DNA from: Trichodelitschia bisporula
Lineage: Eukaryota
Reading direction: 5' to 3'
Assembly: GCA_010356995.1 (NCBI GenBank)
Contig: ML996707.1
Location: forward strand, 434,001-498,000
DNA: 64,000 bases
In this document: one piece after another, positions 1 to 12,613 of the stretch
Layout: the number at the start of each line of letters is the position of its first letter
Position numbering within the stretch: the stretch's first letter is position 1
Made by a program: the position numbers and the translations under genes
Notes under the pieces: generated by a model
What the model saw: only the letters and a program-made list of their open reading frames with translations
The model's database searches: none
Told to the model about the DNA's origin: nothing

Positions 1-916
1 GCCGTGGCCGCAGGCCAGCTCGGACCCGGGCCCGGTGCTATATTTAACTCTGGCTCGGAGCTTGGCGAGTACAAGACCATCGCAAATACCGGGTGTCTGA
101 TGGGGTTGTATTTTGCAGCATCTTTGTACGGGAGAGAAGATGTCAGAGGGCAACATTCCGTCGCGGTTGTGCGGCAGCGCAATCGGTCCTTTCGGCCGGG
201 TACCGGTGCATCTTATTATTCGGAGATCCCGAACCCCACGTCCCTACAGACGCTCCACTTTTGTCATTTGTTGCTAGGACTGATCGGTAACAGCACTGCC
301 CGAAAATAAATGGAAGAGGCGTCGACTCTAAATCATCGCTCGGGCTGGCGCTTTCATCTCACCTACACTATGGGATTCTGCCCCACATCGCGGCAGACGG
401 CCTGACGGTTGAAGGCTGCCAGAGAGGTGAACAGTGACACTCCCGGGCTTGTTGTATTGGGAACTGGTAAGAGGACGCACATCGCATTCCTACACCTCAT
501 TAGCTTTGACAAAAGACCTTTGGACTGCTACCAGGATTGCTATGGGGACCTCCTAGGTTCCTGGCAGGTCAACGGCGTGAATAATGTGTAGGTTGAAGCA
601 GTGGATCACAGCACGGGGAAGGTCGCTTGACTGGCGAAGGGTGCGAGCATACACTCGTACTTTACATCTGCTATTGGCGGTTACAGTCTGCATCGCATGA
701 TAGAGAGATCCTCCAGTTTGCGTAGGGGGAAATAGATGCTTGTACATAATACATATCTAATGGAGGAGCATCACCGCCGCCTTTTCGGAGCAAAGCGAGG
801 GTGACAATTAACAAGGGACTTTCAATTCGGCGCACGTAGATGGTACATAGAGGCGCGGCGGTGACAGTAAGCGGTAGATACGATGCATGTATCAGCGACA
901 TCTATGAGGACGACGA

Positions 917-943
917 CATCGTCATCGTCATCGTCATCGTCAT
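917..943. repeat. (CATCGT)n hexamer microsatellite
   Basis: catcgtcatcgtcatcgtcatcgtcat read directly. Confidence 0.85.
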
Positions 944-2935
944 AATTCCAGATCAGAAGAACACCCGGATAGTAACGGGCGAGTCGGTGGCTGTGGTGGA
1001 TGGTAGTGGTGAATAATATTGATGGACGGTGGTCAAGCCCCCTCTCCCCTGGCAGCGGAGGCGGAGCGGGAAGGAAGGCGCTGTACGGTCTGAACCCCCG
1101 GCCCGGTCCCTCCTACCTTTCGCGTGGGCTGTGGGTCCAGTTGTGCTTTTCCTACTGCGAGGGGTTGGCATATCTGTCAAGCATAACCGGTGACCAGAGG
1201 GAAAGCGCGACTTGAGCGTCAGGTACAGTACAGTACTTGTGCATGTCGTCATTTCGAGTTCTTTACGGATGTACGTACAGAGGCGAAGGTGGAGGACACT
1301 GAGGATTTGATACATCATGGAACAAACTCAGAATATCATGACTTGAAGGAAGTTACATGAAACGACTTCCCTTACCTCGCTATACCATTCAACACAAGGC
1401 GAGCATGTCGCCCTGGCCGTGCTTGATTTCCCCATGCCTCGCGGAGGAGAAGGAACAAAAGTCCTATACCCCTCCCCATGCATTCACCCCTCCTTCCCTA
1501 CCCTAGCGCGCCAAACTGGCAACGCTCTGAGCCTCTATCGAAATCTCCGTTCAGTTCGCCCATCCGTTCAAACAAACACTCTCCCTACAACCCCACCGCC
1601 TTCGCTTGTCTCCGACAGCGCTGAGGTTTTAACTCGGGTCTAATAATCTTCGTTCCCCCACCTTCTCTCTGGCGGTAAACGCAGGCGCGTGGCGGTTCTT
1701 TTCTCGTCTTTTCCCCTTTCTCTTGGGCATGCTGCCCGAATGGCATTTCGATGTCGGTCAGCGGCTTGCTGGACCAGAAGTTACACGCCCGTGGGGCTAT
1801 GCATACGAGAGCTGGCCGGGACACTGGACCACTGAGGCGACTCGAAGTTTGAAGCTTCATGCACGCCAATGTCGTCGAAGCTCTTCAAACCTTCCACCCC
1901 GTCTTCCTAGTCCCCAATGGGCTAAAGTGGCTTTTTTTTCTATTTTCAGGCATCTTCACTTGTTGTTACAACCATGCAATCCCTGACCCTTTACACTCAC
2001 CACACATACTCACCACCCACCCTTCCACACACCCCCCCAGATCCACCACTGCACTTCATTCCTCCCCTCCTTCTCACCCCAGTCAACCGCCCTAGTAACG
2101 CCTGCATGGGTGAATGTGGTAGCCAAAAGCGCCTCTCCCTAGGCTAGTATGCCCAGGACGGGGAAAGGACGCAAAGGGTTTGAGGGCTGGTGGTCATGCA
2201 TACCATGAAAAAAACAAGCCCCATGGAGCGAGAAAACAGACACGCACGCATCGCGTGTTGTGCTGCCCACCCTCTCTAGTCTCTACCACTCTATCGACTC
2301 CGCAGGATAACGCCTCAGATGGGTGGAACTAAAATCAATATGACCTCACACACACACGCACATACACGCGCGCCCGCCCTAGGAGACCGAGAGGGACGAG
2401 CGGGGGGGTTCACAGCCTCGTTTTCACTATTGCATACCTCTACCAAATCCCCTTGCCAGGTCCACGCTGGGCTGCAAACTCTCGCCCACACGCTTCAACC
2501 ACTCTGATTCCCTCCACCCCCCGTTAAAGGTCACACCCTCATTCTCTCATTAACCGCAGCCGTGGGCCGCCGAGATCCCCATTCAGCCGTAGATCTGAAG
2601 CGTTGGCCGTTGTCATAGTACTTAATCATCCACTGTTGTCGGCGTCTCGCGCGGGGACTGGCCAGATCCGAACGGTTGCCTACTCTCTAACCATAATTAA
2701 CCCCCCATCCTCTCCTGGTGTAAAAGCCACAAAAACATTAACCTACAAAGCCTGGCCACAGCCTTGAGCCTGCGGTTCTGTTTTGGTCCTTGGACATCAA
2801 CACCAACCGTCGACACCCACACACATACCCACACACATATCCCACGCAACCTTGTCGAGTTTATTGTCTCTTCATTGTTCAGCCTTTCTGTAAACGCCAA
2901 CAAAGAACTCCGCATATCCTCACATCTAGTGCTAA

Positions 2936-4964
2936 ATGGCAGGACCAGGTGGTGGGCCATCGCGCAGAAGGTATCGCGTCCTCCGTTCGCCGTCTGCGCT
3001 AGCTTCTTACCAAACCTCAGTCATACCAAGTCCCGAAAGGGCTGCAAGACCTGCAAGAGAAGGCATATCCGCTGCGATGAGACATTCCCGCAATGGTAAG
3101 TGAAGAGTTCGGTCAGAACTCTACCATCAACTAACCTCGGTAAAGTCGGAATTGCACGAAGCATCAGGTCAGATGCGACTATATGGACGGACCAGCGCCC
3201 GTAGATGACGCCATGAGAGTGTCCGCTCAACCCAACCTCCTCTGGACTACCGAGATCGAGCGTACCGTTGACGCCTGGCGCCAAAGTGGGGTTTTTCCCT
3301 TCTCGGAACTGCAAGTCTTCCCGCAACCGCAATGGCAAAGCATGTCGAAAACGGATCTGCGCCTGATTTACCACGTCGCGAATGTGACCAGCGAACTGCA
3401 AAGTTCGCGGACGTCCAACCTCTCTCTTTGGACTGATCTGATGCCAAAGTCAGTGGGGTTCTATACCGCTGCTTCTCCAAACTAACCCCCAACTAGGTTC
3501 CTGAGCATAGCAGCATCGCACTCTTTTGTCATGCACGCTGTCCTCGCCTTTTCTGCAAACCATCTTGCGTGGATCTCCCAGTCTCCTGAGACCCGTCAAA
3601 TAGCCTTCCACCACGGTGGAATTGCCATGAAGGGTTTGCATCAAGCTCTCGGGGGTTTCTCCAAAGCAAATGCCGATGCCGTTCTAGCAGCTTCGCTGCT
3701 CCTGAGCTGGCAATCGATGGACTGGTGAGCCTCACCTGCAGCCTTGCTGACAGAGCAACCAAAGCTGACATTTTCAGGCGGGGCTGGGCATCTCTGATGA
3801 CGGGCACAAAGAACGTAAGGCCTTCGATCGGCACCACCTAACCACAGAATGTTACTAACAGTCCCCTAGGTGCTGATGGCCATGCATGCATGGAGGGACG
3901 AGTCTATCTTCGCAGATTTCATCAGCCAGCAGGGAATCTCTCCCGCCCAGCACTTTACCAACGAGGCCCACTTCGTGAGTCCAGAAGTTCGCCAGGAGCA
4001 TCTTTCCATTCTGCAGCGCGTGCAGGTGGCGCTGCAGCGTGTCCAACCATACCTCGGTGAACCGGAGGCACGGTGGATCGACCAACTGAATGTCTACGTG
4101 CAGCGACTGCGAACAACAAACCCCCCTCAAACTCCAGAAGAGCAGTTTTCGCAACTATATACCTTAAGGAAGTGGCTATTCTGGGTCCCGATTACGCTTC
4201 TGTCATCAAGAAAGCGTGATATTTACACCCTGCTGGTGCTTGCTCACTTCTATGCTGTGGCTCTAGCGCTAGTACCCATCTTCCCGGATACCGCCCCTCC
4301 TTTCCTGGCCAACATGGTGCTGTTTCCTCTCGAGGAGATAGTGAAGATCATCAATACGTACCAGACGAGCCCAACTTATTCATCAATGGCGCAGACTGCG
4401 ATCATGATGATGGACTTTCCGCGCGAGGCTCTCAACAACTACCGCGTGCAGCGTGAGTGGACCCAACAGCAATTAGACACTCAGCATGGAATCCCAAACC
4501 AAAGTCCGTATGCGCTGGAGACGCTGAATCTCGATCTCGGAAACCATATCGCAGAGTATGGATACAGCCAGTCTCTGAGCCCCGCCTTCGCACCTTCTCC
4601 GTTGCACCTTAGTCCCCCGACGATGCCGACAGGCAATGCTCCGCGGTCCCCATACCTGGAAGTGCCGAGGTCGGGAGTGGACTACGCATATAGCAGCGCA
4701 GGAAGCGGTTACTCAACGCCAATGGGGTCCCCCGGTGCGCCTTCGCCATCGATTCCCTCGTCGGTAACGCTTTCATCGGCTGGAGTGGTTCTCCCAGCGC
4801 CTTCAGTGGCGACAGCCGGACCGTCGATGGTTCTGCCGTCATACAAGCAGGAGGAAGATGCCTTCAGCTTCAGTATGGCTTACGGAGGCAACACAGGAAT
4901 GGGAATGGGTGGTTACTCGGGAATTCCTGGCGGGTTCGTGGCTCCCGCGACTGTCTGGACCTAA
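2936..4964 (+). CDS. Zn(II)2Cys6 transcription factor, Upc2/Ecm22 (sterol uptake control)-like
   Basis: Splicing introns 2971-3020 and 3096-3145 gives MAGPGGGPSRRSHTKSRKGCKTCKRRHIRCDETFPQCRNCTKHQVRCDY, a six-Cys binuclear cluster with the HxKSRxGC lead-in of Upc2-like factors. Later exons give MHAVLAFSANHLAW...NADAVLAASLLL; further short introns; stop TAA at 4962-4964. Confidence 0.88.
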
Positions 4965-6162
4965 GTTGAAAAGAAAGGGGCTGAATTGTTTTTCTTGTGT
5001 CCAGGACGCCGCAATTACCATCTCAACCCTATGTCGAGGATTCAGGCGCCGACAGCAAGGGCAAGGGGAAAGCTCGCCAGGAGAATGGCGGATGAGACGG
5101 TAGTGGGCCAACATTGACGGTCATTTCTCTCACAACACACGGCTCTGCGCCACGGCTGTTCGGTCATCTCGACATAAACCGAAGTTTTGGGCGTTGACGG
5201 CATCTCCCCTCTCGCCCCGGGTGGGACTGGGCTTCGATGGACCGCACTCCTCTCTTGGCTACGCTGCCGCCGACATTTACGACTTTACGACTAACGCCAA
5301 AATTGATGCAACGAAAATCTAGACTCTCGCCAGCCGATCAACTGCCATTGTTTCCCCTCGACATCTGCCCAATGCCACCGCATTCGCTGCATCATAAACT
5401 TCGACCACCAGGACGTGCTGCCTTTGCGCCTAACTGCCTGTACATATGTTTTGCTGGGGGTTGCCTCCACATGTATATTGGTACTTTCCACCCACCCTCG
5501 CTTGACGCGTTTGGGGACTGTTCAGAGGGATCATGGTGAGCGTTGCATTGTTTCCTGTTTCACCGGATGTGTTTTAGCGTTTTCCACGGTTGCTTTTCAG
5601 CGCTTTCTCATCCGAGGCGCTTTCATTATATGGATATATCTTTTGCGTTGGATAATGAGACCGGTCCGTTACAAGAGCGCGGGATGGGGCAGGATGGAGG
5701 CGTATGCAAAGCCTGGATTGTACAGGATCATCCACGATGGGATTTTCATGCTTTGGGACTGTAACTATTGGCATCTTCTGTGTTCAAAAAAAACTCAAAT
5801 AGACTGGATTGTTGGGCTCAAATCATCTTCGATGTTCCAAATCCCGCACGGGCACAATGGTACCGTAGGTCAACGGCTTGATAATACCCCGATCCCGGTG
5901 AAGTCCAGGCAGCAGGCGACAAGGCATTTGCCAAGGAACAAGGGTGTAAAGTGGACTTGCGGAACCCAATGCAGCCGCGTTCCATCGCAGCGACGACCTT
6001 GATACACTTCCACAAGGCCTTGGGGATCACCACTGCAACCACACATCACCCCGGCCACCACAAAAGTCCATATCACAACTTCCCCCTAGTCGCTCACCCA
6101 TTTTCCGGTGAGAGCTGTTGCACAGCCATTGGGCCCGGGCCTTGTTATTTGATCCTGCAGTC

Positions 6163-7355
6163 ATGTCGGGAGGGTGGAACACTGTCGAATCGGACGCGGT
6201 TTGTGCGCTTCCCTCTTGATCTCGTAGTGCTAGTGTCGAGGCTATGCCCCAGTGTGGCTGTACCCTGTGGGGCCGGTACTAAGTAAGCACTGGCACAGGA
6301 TACAGACTGACGGAACCTGTTAGGGTGTGTTCACGTATCTGCTCGAAGGTCTCGGTGCCAAGGGTGTGCAGTTCGAAGAGCTGTTTGCACTGGATGAGGA
6401 TGATTTGTATAGACTGAGGTTTGTGCTTTGCTGACACCCTTTTTGCTTGGAGCTAATAGCCGCTGTAGCCCGGTCTACGGTGTCATCTTCCTCTTCAAGT
6501 ACCTCTCCGGTGACGACAAGGCCGGGAAGAACAGCAAGCAGCCAGAAGATGGAGAGTACGACTTTGAAGCAGTCGAGAATATGTTCTTCGCCGCCCAGAC
6601 GATCCAAAACGCCTGTGGCACTCAAGCGCTGCTTTCTGTGCTGCTCAACCAAAGCGACAAGCTCGCACTCGGCCCGCACCTGACCGAATTCAAGGACTTC
6701 ACGTCGGGCCTACCGAGCGATGTACGTATCCGCCCGGCTCCGCTTATTTGCTGTCACGTCTGCAGCTCCACAGAGCCTAAATTGACGTCACCAGATCCGC
6801 GGCGAGTGCCTGTCTAACTCGGAGCTCATTCGCACCACACACAACTCGTTTGCGCGCGCTTCCCCATTTGTGGATGAAACGCAGCGCACTGCCACAGGCG
6901 ATGATGACGTTTATCATTTCATCGCGTACACCCCCGTCAACGGCACCCTCTACGAACTCGACGGACTGGCCCCTGCGCCCATCTCCCATGGTCCCTGCAC
7001 CCTAGAGACGTTCCCGTCCGCAGTTCTCCCGGTGCTCCAGCGCCGTATCGCCCGCTATCCTACTACGGAGATCCGCTTCAATCTCATTGCCATGGTACAG
7101 GATCCGCGGATCAATGCACGAGCCATTGGCGATATGGACACCTTGCAGGCTGAAGCGCGCAAGCGCGACGCGTGGCGGTGGGAGAACGCGCTGCGCCGAC
7201 ACAATTTCGTTGGCTTCGTGGGGGAGCTGGCGAAGGAAGTCACGCGTGCGAAGTTGACCGCGGGGGAAAGCGAGTACGAGTCGTGGATTGAGGGTGCGAA
7301 GGCTCGTACGAAGAGCCAGCGCGAGACGAATCGCAAGCGTGGGATTGAGGAATAA
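6163..7355 (+). CDS. UCH2: Ubiquitin C-terminal hydrolase, UCH37/UCHL5 type (peptidase C12)
   Basis: MSGGWNTVESDA | intron 6199-6323 | GVFTYLLEGLG; catalytic motifs AQTIQNACGTQA (Gln/Cys), YHFIAY (His), ELDGL (Asp); UCH37-type C-terminal WRWENALRRHNFVGF. Confidence 0.93.
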
Positions 7356-8543
7356 CTCTGTCCGACCGGTGTCAGGTACTGCGGCATCTTGTCGGCATAG
7401 GAAGTGCATTGTCGGGCTGGTTGTACCGAGGTTGTGATCGATGCCTGTACTCCATAGGGCGTGCAGAACGTCGACGCGCGGCTTCGGCGATGCCGTTGCA
7501 GGAATCTAGAGACCACAGGGGTGGATATGTTGTCAAGTAGAAGTTATGCAGTTACGGCTTCTAAAAGGGGAGTGAGCGGGTAAAAAACCGTATTCGTGCC
7601 CTACATTTTCTCTCTACTCTGCATGTGCGGTGTTGTACTTTGGGAATGGGGATGCTGACTGGGTGTTCGGAGGCAAACGGACCTGCATGCTGATGTACGG
7701 TAGGTAGGGCTGAGCGGGGGTGGGGGGGTAAGCGGGGATGGGGCGCCTTCTAGAAACTCCACGGTGATGTGATTTCTTTTTTTGGGCCTGTGAGTGGGCG
7801 AGTGGGATGACGGCATTGCGTCAGAGATGCGGAATTAGGGGCCTCAGAGCTGAACCGCATGCATCGTTTGGAGTAAGGGGTGCGCGCGAGGCGTGAGGCG
7901 GGGCCGGTATGGCCGGACGGCTGGGTCCGGGAGTGGGGGGGGAGGCTGCTGCGGCCGCGTGTCACTGGCGATTTGGATGTTAAATGCGGGAATATCGGTT
8001 GCTAATGACTATCTACTTGGGTTCACATCGGGGTACCGTTACAATAGGAGAACATTCAAGGCCGTATCGCTAGAAGAAAAAAGAGCATATCGTCGTAGAC
8101 GCACCCCGCGCGCTTCAAACACAAGCCGTATCAACGCTGCCCCGCCTAGATGCCATTCGCGTAAAAAGCAAACAAGTAAAACAACCCCCACCATCGGCCC
8201 TCCATGCAAAAAATAGCACCTCCGCGGCCGCCGCGCCTCGCTCCCTTCGATAAGTAAGCGGGCAAACGGCGTGCAGCCCGAGCGAACCGGCGCCACCGAA
8301 CGCAGCCTTCCTCCGCCGGGTACACTCCCGAACAGGCAGGTCCAGACGCCCGCCGGCGGGCCGCAGGACGTGCATGCGCACTGCGCAGAATGCAAGAACT
8401 CCACCTCCGCCTTTTGCACTCCAAATTAAAATGCCCGCGTTCAGCCGCAGATGCGGTTGTGCAGACCGACATTATGTAAGGTGGACTTGGCGCGGGGCTT
8501 GTCTGATGCTTGGCAAGCCACGACGCACAGACCGCAAAACCGG

Positions 8544-11495
8544 TCACTGGGGACCCTGGTCTGATGGAGTCAGGTGTGCGCGCGCGTTGGGCGCGTGTGC
8601 GTCATTCTCATGTGGGAGGAGCGCGACGGGAGCCGAGGTTGGGCATGTGTTGAGGAAGGGGTTGGGGGATGACGATGTTGGAGGATGGGGGAGGGATTGG
8701 AGGGTGTCCTGGTGGATTGCTAGGGAGGTGAGGAGGATGAGGGGTGCATTGCTTGGGATGCAGAACTGGCTTGGGTTGGGGGAGGTGGTCGTGAAGGGGG
8801 TGGGCGAGACGGGGATGCGATCCTCGGCCGGGGAGCAGACGGGGAGCGGATTCAGGATGTCGAGTGGAGGTTGAATGGCCGAGGTTAGGGACGACGGCCT
8901 GGGAGAGGTAGAAACTGCGATTGAGGGACGTAGGCTGTCAAGCGCAGTCGACTGCAGGAGCTTGGAGAACGACGTTTCCACCAAGCAGGTCTGCTCGAGT
9001 CGAGGGCCTTCAGCGTCCACCTCATGGGTTTGAGCGTTGACGTCGTCAATCGCCTTGGCCGGAGTTTCGTCCGAAGCGTCCTCGACTGGCGCCGTTTTCG
9101 ATATCGGTTCGGTCGAAGTTGATTCCGAGGTCAATTCGAAAGCGACGTCTTCGTCGAGAGCCTCGTTGAGGGAGATCGAATCTGATGTAGTTTCTTGGGC
9201 TTGTGATACCCCTACCGTGTCGATGGACTCTCCAGCAGGAATCTCTTCTACTGCGGTCGCTTCAATTGCAGCATCTTGGACCAAAAAAGGTGCTTGGAGT
9301 GCGAAGCTCACCACTGGCGGAAGGGCAAGGATAGTCGAAAAGACGACATCCCTTACTGTGTCCGTCATCTGCTCCGTGATGCGGCTGGTAACGGTCTCTG
9401 TTGCCGTCGACACTGCGGTTGAAGTCAGGGTTTGGATTTCCGTGCTAAGGACTGTAGCCGTAGAAATAACGGCGACCATCGAGAACTCCACTGCCGTAGT
9501 CGTCACCACCCTCAAGACCTGAGGTTGAACCAGAACGTCGCCGTCATTCGAAGAGTTCAGGAGTAATCGGTTCGTCGAAAGGACTGACGGCTCGATTGTT
9601 GGCAAACCGGAGCGTAGAGTCATAAACATGACTAGAAGAGCCAGGCAGCAAATAGTGATGTTCCTACGGCTCGTGGCCAGAAGGTAAAGGTAGTTCTTCA
9701 GAAGAGTTGAGAGCGGGACTGTGGAGGCCTTCGATGATTCGGCCTTTGGGAAGTCCTTCGTCGTAGGTTGCGATGGAGTCTTTCGCATTTCGCTCGGGTC
9801 CGAATCTTGGGATTTGGAAGTGTCAGACGGACCAACACCAGTGAGTTTCTCCTCCACAAGCATGACCACCGCATGGGCGGCTCCCACGCTGTTGACCTCG
9901 AGGGCGAGTTCCTCCTCCAGGTCTTGGATCTTCCGCGTATCGTCTCCCGCCGTGTCGCGTTCAAACTGGACCTGTCTGGCCCTCTCCTCACAGATCTCCG
10001 CCTTCGTTTCAGCCTCTTGAACTCTCCCATCAGCCTCCACCCTAGCCATTTCCACGTCAAGGCGCGCCTGTGCCACGATGTTTTCCATGCTCAATCTCTC
10101 CTCCCTCATCTTGTCCTTCTCTTCCGCAACCTTCCGATCCAGCTCCCGTCGCAAGTCCAGCGGGATCCATGGCTCAATCTCTACATCGACGCGTTCCATA
10201 TCATGCCAACAAGCCCCCCATGCCCCGGCCCGAACCAGTCCATTGGAAGCGTAGAAGCGCACATCCCACCGCCGCGTCCCGCTGCCAGTACCGCGGCCAG
10301 GGAGCCGCAGTGGAGCCGCACACTCGCTGCAGCAGATGTCCGAGCCCTCAGAGGATGCACCGCTCATACGAATCAATGCTGCTGACTGTCGCATGTCTCC
10401 GTTGAGGCTGCTGCGCTTGCTACCACCAGCGGAGGATCCAACGCCACTGTCTGTATCGGCCGGTGAGTCGGATGAGAAGTCGCCGGGAACACCATGGACC
10501 AGGAAGTGTCCATCTGAGAGCACACGAGGCGTGCAGAGCTCGAGAGCTTCCAGGAGACGTTCCTCTAGCAGATCATACTCGTCTCCTGGGTGAGAGATCA
10601 GGACACCGCGTGTCATGATGGTAGGGTTTAACTGTTCCCAAAGGAGAGACCAGTTGTCTAGGACGTGGGGCGGAACGACATCGCGGAAGGTGTGTTGCAG
10701 CCAGATAGGTTCCCTGGCCGGGAGAATGGTGACGTGAAGCAGAATGAGAGGTCCCGACTTCGGCTTCGAGTCGTACTGTGACACAGGAAGGTCTGACAAA
10801 ACTGGGGATGGGGGGCCGGGGTCAATAGATCCCATGCGCTGATGACCCTGCATGAGCATTTCCAGCTTCTGTAAGTCGCGGCGTATCTGGACGTTGAGGT
10901 CCTCTTCGTCCCTGTCATCTGAACCGTCGAATGTCGCCATCCTGCGTGTTGTAACCCGGTCGTCGCCAAACTGGGACTCTGTGTTCTCGATGGTCTCTGC
11001 ACGATGGCGAGAGAGTATGATGTCAGATGGATGAGATGGGATTAACTCGTCACCGGCGTGCGCGGGCCACTTTCTGCTGGTGGATGCTTTGGGGGAACCG
11101 ACAACGGAAGGGCTGGCCATCCGTAAAGCTTGCACCTCGCTCGGAGTACGGAAAGGTGGACGGGGTGTTTTGCGTGGCTGATGTGCGGTAAAGTTTGTAG
11201 AGGGTGCGATTGAGGGTGGAATGGAAGAGATGGAAGTGTAAGCGGCAGAAACGTTGCGTGTCTGCGACACGGACGGCAGGTCCGCCGAATTGCCACGCGA
11301 GTGCGTTGGGTAGCGACGTAAGGTCATTGAGTTGCGCTGAGAGATACTTTTGGGGGAAGGAAGCTCGGAGAAGCTAGGTGGGGAGCTGCTTCGGTCGCGC
11401 ATTGCTGCGATGGTGCCAGGCAGTGTCGCTAGGTGGTGTGTGGAAGTGGCCAAAGAAATATCGTGTTGTTGACTGGATTCGACTGCGAAAGGCAT
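8544..11495 (-). CDS. Uncharacterised 983-aa protein: disordered N-terminus, globular core, coiled coil, one TM helix, Ser/Thr/acidic tail
   Basis: Uninterrupted 983-codon ORF. Globular-looking blocks PLILLHVTILP, RGVLISHPGDEYDLLEERLLEALEL, CSEC, WDVRFYASNGLVRAGAWGACWHDMERVDVEIEPW, then an E/K/R-rich coiled coil and hydrophobic ITICCLALLVMFMTL. Confidence 0.75.
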   Translation of the reverse strand: MPFAVESSQQHDISLATSTHHLATLPGTIAAMRDRSSSPPSFSELPSPKSISQRNSMTLRRYPTHSRGNSADLPSVSQTRNVSAAYTSISSIPPSIAPSTNFTAHQPRKTPRPPFRTPSEVQALRMASPSVVGSPKASTSRKWPAHAGDELIPSHPSDIILSRHRAETIENTESQFGDDRVTTRRMATFDGSDDRDEEDLNVQIRRDLQKLEMLMQGHQRMGSIDPGPPSPVLSDLPVSQYDSKPKSGPLILLHVTILPAREPIWLQHTFRDVVPPHVLDNWSLLWEQLNPTIMTRGVLISHPGDEYDLLEERLLEALELCTPRVLSDGHFLVHGVPGDFSSDSPADTDSGVGSSAGGSKRSSLNGDMRQSAALIRMSGASSEGSDICCSECAAPLRLPGRGTGSGTRRWDVRFYASNGLVRAGAWGACWHDMERVDVEIEPWIPLDLRRELDRKVAEEKDKMREERLSMENIVAQARLDVEMARVEADGRVQEAETKAEICEERARQVQFERDTAGDDTRKIQDLEEELALEVNSVGAAHAVVMLVEEKLTGVGPSDTSKSQDSDPSEMRKTPSQPTTKDFPKAESSKASTVPLSTLLKNYLYLLATSRRNITICCLALLVMFMTLRSGLPTIEPSVLSTNRLLLNSSNDGDVLVQPQVLRVVTTTAVEFSMVAVISTATVLSTEIQTLTSTAVSTATETVTSRITEQMTDTVRDVVFSTILALPPVVSFALQAPFLVQDAAIEATAVEEIPAGESIDTVGVSQAQETTSDSISLNEALDEDVAFELTSESTSTEPISKTAPVEDASDETPAKAIDDVNAQTHEVDAEGPRLEQTCLVETSFSKLLQSTALDSLRPSIAVSTSPRPSSLTSAIQPPLDILNPLPVCSPAEDRIPVSPTPFTTTSPNPSQFCIPSNAPLILLTSLAIHQDTLQSLPHPPTSSSPNPFLNTCPTSAPVALLPHENDAHAPNARAHLTPSDQGPQ

Positions 11496-12613
11496 TCCGT
11501 AGACTGGTTACTGAGACACGGTCGTGACAAACATCTAGTAGTAATTGAGACAAGAACAGCAAAATCCTCGAGTAATCGGAACTTGGGACGTCATGGGCCG
11601 TTGAAGCCCATCGTGACATCGCATCTCTGGGCGGGTAAACGCTGATGGTTGGCCCAGCAACGGCCACCACACCACATCCCGATGCCGGGATCGACACACC
11701 GATGCTGCATCATCTTCAACCCGAAACACTTTGAACACTGAGACAGGCCCTGCGATCCGAACCAATTGAGTTTAGTCGAATGCGATCCTGTTGCCGTTGC
11801 TATGTGCGGTTATCTGATGAATTCGTCAAAGCACGTTTGTGGCGCCATCAGCCACGATGTGGATCCGGGTAATGCGGGGCATGCGGGGTGCCTTCCCTTC
11901 AGTTCCGGGGATATTTCAAGGTCGTATGTATTTCCCATCTGCCATTAAACCACCAAGTTACGGTATCTCAGCACTTTCGCCTTTGGTCTGCCTCCTTAAG
12001 CCTGCCTATCTGGTCGGCGACGAGCCATCAGGCTACGGATAAGGTTATCGAAGCGCCGCGCCAGGAGCTCAGCCCCAGCGTATCAGGTCGTGGTATCGTC
12101 AGATATAGCCGCCTTTTTCTACTTTGGTAGGCCCACATCCATGGCGGCTTGGGCTGCCTGCTTGGCTAGTGAGTTAGCCAGGTGACCGAGGCCTCGGTGG
12201 GCTCCTTCAAGATGATATTGCCTTCCAAGCCTACTGTACGGAGCACGGTAGTCGACAACAGTGCCACGATTGGGCTTTCGCGATGAACCAACGTACGGCC
12301 ACGGCATTCTACTTCCATTTTAGCATTTGCAGGGCGGCTTCGGGCCTCCATAATGAAGCTTTCTCCTCGAGGCACCGCCGCTATGTCAGCCTTATTTTCT
12401 AATAAGCGCCCGCAAAGTGCGGCTGAAATTGTCCAAAAGCAGCATGGGGCATGCGCGCCACGATGCGTCTTCGCGGGGCTGGCTTTGACCCCTGGTCGGG
12501 GAACGCCAGACTGACACAAAACTGATCATCACGGCCTCCGTCTACAAGTGGGCATTCGATCCCCAGTTCATGATCTTTATCACAATGCTTTCCGAAAGAT
12601 TGAAGTAAACAGC

